64,000 nucleotides of DNA. Source: Acidobacteriota bacterium (GTDB lineage Bacteria; Acidobacteriota; Terriglobia; 2-12-FULL-54-10). The DNA lies in NCBI GenBank assembly GCA_016191085.1, contig JACPPJ010000030.1, forward strand, positions 66,789 through 130,788. The letters are read 5' to 3'. The notes beneath the pieces were generated by a model. That model was given only the letters and a program-made list of their open reading frames with translations. It ran no database searches and was not told where the DNA came from. The position numbers and the translations under genes were made by a program. This document shows positions 60,935 to 64,000 of this stretch, in pieces; the stretch's first letter is position 1, and the number at the start of each line of letters is the position of its first letter.

Positions 60935-61820
60935 TCAGCATCAAGCTGTATACCAGGGGCAAATAGATGACGGAGGCTTGTAAGAGCCGCCGCGCCTCGA
61001 TCGTTGTCTTGGCTACGGCAGCACGTGCACCATAACGCAAGAACGCTACCCCTGCTACGAGTGCTCCGACCAGGTACAGCCAGCCCGTGATGCCGAGCAG
61101 AGAAGGAAGCAAACTGATGGGGATGAGCACGGCCGAATAAATCAGGATCTGGCGGCCCGTCGATACGCCACTTGGCTCCACGACCGGCAACATAGTGATG
61201 CCGCCGCGGGCATAATCTTCTCGGTACATCCAGGCGATCGCCAGAAAATGAGGGAACTGCCACAAGAACAATATCAAGTACAGAACAGCGGCAGAGAGCG
61301 TAATATTACCGTGGGCGGCTACCCAACCGATCAGGGGAGGAATTGCTCCCGGAAACGCGCCCACCAACGTGCAATGCGAGGTGCGCGTCTTTAACGGAGT
61401 GTAGAGGAACAAATAGCTGCCAAGCGTCAGCGCCGCCAGCACACTGGCGAGAAGATTGGTCGTTGTGGCGAGATATAACACGCCCACGATCGACAACATG
61501 ATGCCGAAGCAAAGCGCCTTCCAGGGGACCATTCTCCCCGCCGGCAGTGGCCGCTGCCTCGTGCGCAACATCTTGGCGTCGATGTCCCGCTCCCAAAACT
61601 CGTTGAGCGCCGCCGTGCCGCTGGCTACCAACGCGGTGCCGATCAGGGTATTTGCCAGCACGGCGAAATTGATGGGGTGTGCCGAGCCAAGATAGAACCC
61701 TACAGCCGTAGACATCAAGATCAGCGTGGTGACATTTGGCTTGGTCAGCTCCACGTAGTCCGAGGCGGCTGCCACGTGCCTTTTGATCGCCTGATCCAGA
61801 TTTGAACGTTTCTTGATCAT
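60915..61820 (-). CDS. ctaB: Protoheme IX farnesyltransferase (heme O synthase)
   Basis: UbiA-family motifs (NEFWERDIDAKMLRTRQRPLP), about 9 TM helices. Confidence 0.9.
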   Translation of the reverse strand: MIKKRSNLDQAIKRHVAAASDYVELTKPNVTTLILMSTAVGFYLGSAHPINFAVLANTLIGTALVASGTAALNEFWERDIDAKMLRTRQRPLPAGRMVPWKALCFGIMLSIVGVLYLATTTNLLASVLAALTLGSYLFLYTPLKTRTSHCTLVGAFPGAIPPLIGWVAAHGNITLSAAVLYLILFLWQFPHFLAIAWMYREDYARGGITMLPVVEPSGVSTGRQILIYSAVLIPISLLPSLLGITGWLYLVGALVAGVAFLRYGARAAVAKTTIEARRLLQASVIYLPLVYSLMLIDKKPL

Positions 61821-62803
61821 GCGGCCGTCTTTTGGGCACCCCTGTTGAACGAAACTACTTCAGAACGATGGCGCAATCGCCGAAATGCCAGCAGGGTTGT
61901 CAATAAACTCGCTCCCAGCAGCGCCGCGCCAACCGCCACGTGCGTCGTGGTGACGTGTATCATGGCCTGGTCTGGTTGCGACGCATCTCTGGTCACCAAC
62001 CGTGTGTAGTAAGAACCGTAGCCGAGCCCAAGTTGCAGGATGACCAGGAAAATTGCTGAACCCGAAAACCATCGCAGATGCGTTTCGCTTCTCGGAAGCC
62101 TGGCGAGTGCCACGTAACCCATCCAAATGACTAGCACGGCCACAGCGGCGGCCCAGGCGATGTGCGGCATCAGCCCAAGCGCTCCATGCCTGAGCGCGGC
62201 CCCCAGTATCAATTGGATAAAGACCGCACACGTTGCGGCGCATGAGAGCAAGCGCAATCCGGGAAAGCCGCGATCATCGGCCGCGGAATCTGCGGCCCAG
62301 GCGCGGCTGGTAAACAAAGCTAATCCCAATGTGATACAGAAAAAAAGCTGCGCCAGAGAGGCGTGGAAAATACGCACCGGCACTGGCAGAAGGTACAGCA
62401 CCGTGATGCCGCCGAGGACCGCCTGCGTGATTACCGCCACGACTGCAATCACGCCCAGAATTCGAACCCAGCGCCGCGCATCTCTTTGCCAAAGCCAGAT
62501 CGCCAGCGCGATCGTCAGAGCGCCTACCAGCGCCGCGATCATGCGATGCCCGTGTTCGTAAAAAATACCGCCTTCCATCGGCGGCATCAAGCTGCCGTAG
62601 GAAAGCGGCCAATCGGGGACCGACAATCCCGCGTCATGGCCTACCACGAGCGCTCCGGCAATGATCAGCACAAACGTCGCGAATGCCGTCAGCACGGCAA
62701 ACCAATGCACCCATACTGAGTCAGCTTGTCTCATGACCAATCTTCTTCCTCCCGCTCTGTTGGAGACGGGGGCGGGCTGGCCGCCCCTGCCCGGATCATC
62801 CAC
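61817..62803 (-). CDS. ctaA: Heme A synthase (COX15/CtaA family)
   Basis: GLSVPDWPLSYG...EHGHRMIA pattern, 8 TM helices. There is a 4-nt overlap with ctaB. The likely start is 62734. Confidence 0.85.
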   Translation of the reverse strand: MDDPGRGGQPAPVSNRAGGRRLVMRQADSVWVHWFAVLTAFATFVLIIAGALVVGHDAGLSVPDWPLSYGSLMPPMEGGIFYEHGHRMIAALVGALTIALAIWLWQRDARRWVRILGVIAVVAVITQAVLGGITVLYLLPVPVRIFHASLAQLFFCITLGLALFTSRAWAADSAADDRGFPGLRLLSCAATCAVFIQLILGAALRHGALGLMPHIAWAAAVAVLVIWMGYVALARLPRSETHLRWFSGSAIFLVILQLGLGYGSYYTRLVTRDASQPDQAMIHVTTTHVAVGAALLGASLLTTLLAFRRLRHRSEVVSFNRGAQKTAA

Positions 62804-62809
62804 GCTCCA

Positions 62810-63727
62810 CTAACCCTTGTACGTAAACGTAATTGCCTTCGACTCTTTCGGCCCCACAGTAATTTTCTGCTCCTGGGTACCGTACTTTTCCTGCCAAGCC
62901 TCGATGGTGTAGTCTCCCGGAGGCAGGCCTTGCAGCGAGAACGATCCTTGTTCGTCGGTGACGGCGAAGAACGGGTGCGGCACTACGCCGATGTAAGCCT
63001 TCATCCAGGGATGCACGTTGCACTTCACGGGAATCATGACTTCGGGACGCGCAAAGTCCTTTGCCAGATCGGCTGCCTGGGGAGGCTGCGATTCGTTCCA
63101 CTCACGGTTCTGCGTCGGAATGGGATGAACGTTGTGATTGGTCGGATCGCTGTTCTTCACATTTAGCTTCTGCCCGGTCATCAGCCCAAGTACGTGCGGA
63201 CGATACCAGCAGCCTTTCTGATCCAGGACGGCTGATGTGGCGGGGACGGGAAACGTGCGATTGCCAAGTCCATCTTTAACGTAAACGAAAACATCCCTCA
63301 GTGTCTTGTTATCGTTGACCACAACCTCTTCACTGAAAACGGGTTCTTTGCTCGCTTCAGTGCAGGCAGGCACTGCGTCCATGCGGATACGGACCCTTGA
63401 CGGGGCTTGGCCTTCAAACGACACCGTACCGGTTATTTCTGCGGCGGTGGCAGGGTCAACGGGAGCCGCGGCCGGGGCGGCGGCCGGAGCAGTACTGGAC
63501 GTCTCCTCCGCCGGGGGCTTGCTGCCGCATCCCATCAACGACAGAGCTAATAAAGCAGGGACAAAAAATCTGCATGTGGATCTCATACGTGTGCATTCTC
63601 CTCGTGTAAATTCAGCCGGTGAAGCGGAGAACGGCCTCGGAATGGCCGGGAGTTCGCCGCGAATTATAGTCGAAAAACACGAAACGGAGGTCTTCTTCAT
63701 CTTAGCCGTTTCAGCGCACAACATCAA
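62810..63727 (-). CDS. Lipoprotein with cupredoxin-like Cu-site motif and C-terminal carboxypeptidase-regulatory-like domain
   Basis: The likely start is 63586 (MRSTCRF...LSLMGCGS lipobox). HNVHP ... KCNVHPWM is a C-x2-H-x2-M pattern as in amicyanin-type sites. C-terminal FFAVTDEQGSFSLQGLPPGDYTIEAW. Confidence 0.6.
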   Translation of the reverse strand: MMLCAETAKMKKTSVSCFSTIIRGELPAIPRPFSASPAEFTRGECTRMRSTCRFFVPALLALSLMGCGSKPPAEETSSTAPAAAPAAAPVDPATAAEITGTVSFEGQAPSRVRIRMDAVPACTEASKEPVFSEEVVVNDNKTLRDVFVYVKDGLGNRTFPVPATSAVLDQKGCWYRPHVLGLMTGQKLNVKNSDPTNHNVHPIPTQNREWNESQPPQAADLAKDFARPEVMIPVKCNVHPWMKAYIGVVPHPFFAVTDEQGSFSLQGLPPGDYTIEAWQEKYGTQEQKITVGPKESKAITFTYKG

Positions 63728-64000
63728 CTCAGTGCGAGCAGCGACGCGTTACTGCAGCGCGGCCCGCGTCGGGTTCGGTACGGATCGCGAAGCCGAAGCG
63801 GGCATTGGCGCGCTTCCCGCAAGCCGGCGTTGCTCCTCAGGCGTGAACTCGAACATGTACCGCACCAGTAGCTGAGCATGGTCTTTCTTGTACGCCTCGA
63901 AACCCGGTGGCGTGGGACCGGCAAACACCATTCGGTTCGCTTCAGGCTTGAACAACCCCGACGGCATAGCGGTGCCCGGAGACATCATAGCTGGATCAAG

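Noticed and set aside
63749-63988. Minus-strand ORF at the right edge (MMSPGTAMPSGLFKPEANRMVFAGPTPPGFEAYKK...).
   Set aside because: The frame stays open upstream of the listed start to the window edge, so this may be the C-terminal part of a longer gene. No family was recognised, so it is not reported as a feature.

Overview
This is a roughly 60% GC chromosomal segment with about 55 protein-coding genes, mostly housekeeping. Gene content (a VWFA-related acidobacterial-type protein, many secreted TPR, BON and carboxypeptidase-regulatory-like proteins) and composition suggest an Acidobacteriota (Terriglobia-like) genome. That placement is inference only, since no database search was possible. 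I found no rRNA, tRNA, CRISPR array, transposase, integrase or reverse transcriptase.

Gene blocks, in order:
- 0.1-6.2 kb: asnB, glycosyltransferase, DUF4091-like secreted protein and a soluble histidine kinase.
- 6.3-9.0 kb: an isolated ccmB and a secreted amidohydrolase.
- 9-20 kb, one long minus-strand run: SPOR protein, SPFH/NfeD pair, TPR protein, rfbB, ccmH-ccmF-ccmE and a flavoprotein disulfide reductase.
- 20-24 kb: tatA, a FecR-like protein and mreBC.
- 24.5-34.6 kb: comEC, rlmD-like gene, coaX, birA and valS.
- 34.7-36.0 kb: a low-GC two-gene islet (HNH nuclease plus coiled-coil protein).
- 36-40.7 kb: amidase, Memo-like protein, methyltransferase and Uma2 nuclease.
- 40.7-57 kb: rpoD-dnaG, hicBA, mutS2, CDF transporter, VWA protein, rluD, lgt, tal, cspA, tsaC, trmH-like gene and rarA.
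- 57-64 kb: BON lipoprotein, then a heme A / oxidase-assembly cluster (DUF420, ABC-2 exporter, ctaB, ctaA, cupredoxin-like lipoprotein).

Observations most worth a second look:
1. rpoD is split by a single in-frame TAA exactly at the invariant Lys codon of the VDKFEY motif.
2. The last ~180 codons of valS are markedly lower in GC. A host-GC, frameshifted remnant of an alternative valS C-terminus lies immediately downstream.
3. The System I cytochrome c maturation set is atypical. CcmE carries CxxxY instead of HxxxY, CcmH has CxCxC instead of CxxC, no ccmA/C/D/G is adjacent, and ccmB sits alone 9 kb away.
4. The low-GC HNH plus coiled-coil islet has a 5' frame anomaly.
5. A Memo-like protein has an N-terminal PqqD/RRE-like extension and lacks its usual AMMECR1 and radical-SAM partners.
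6. An ABC-2 exporter is embedded in the ctaA-ctaB-DUF420 cluster.

I see no clear, complete novel multi-gene system. The candidates above are hypotheses that need database and structural checks.
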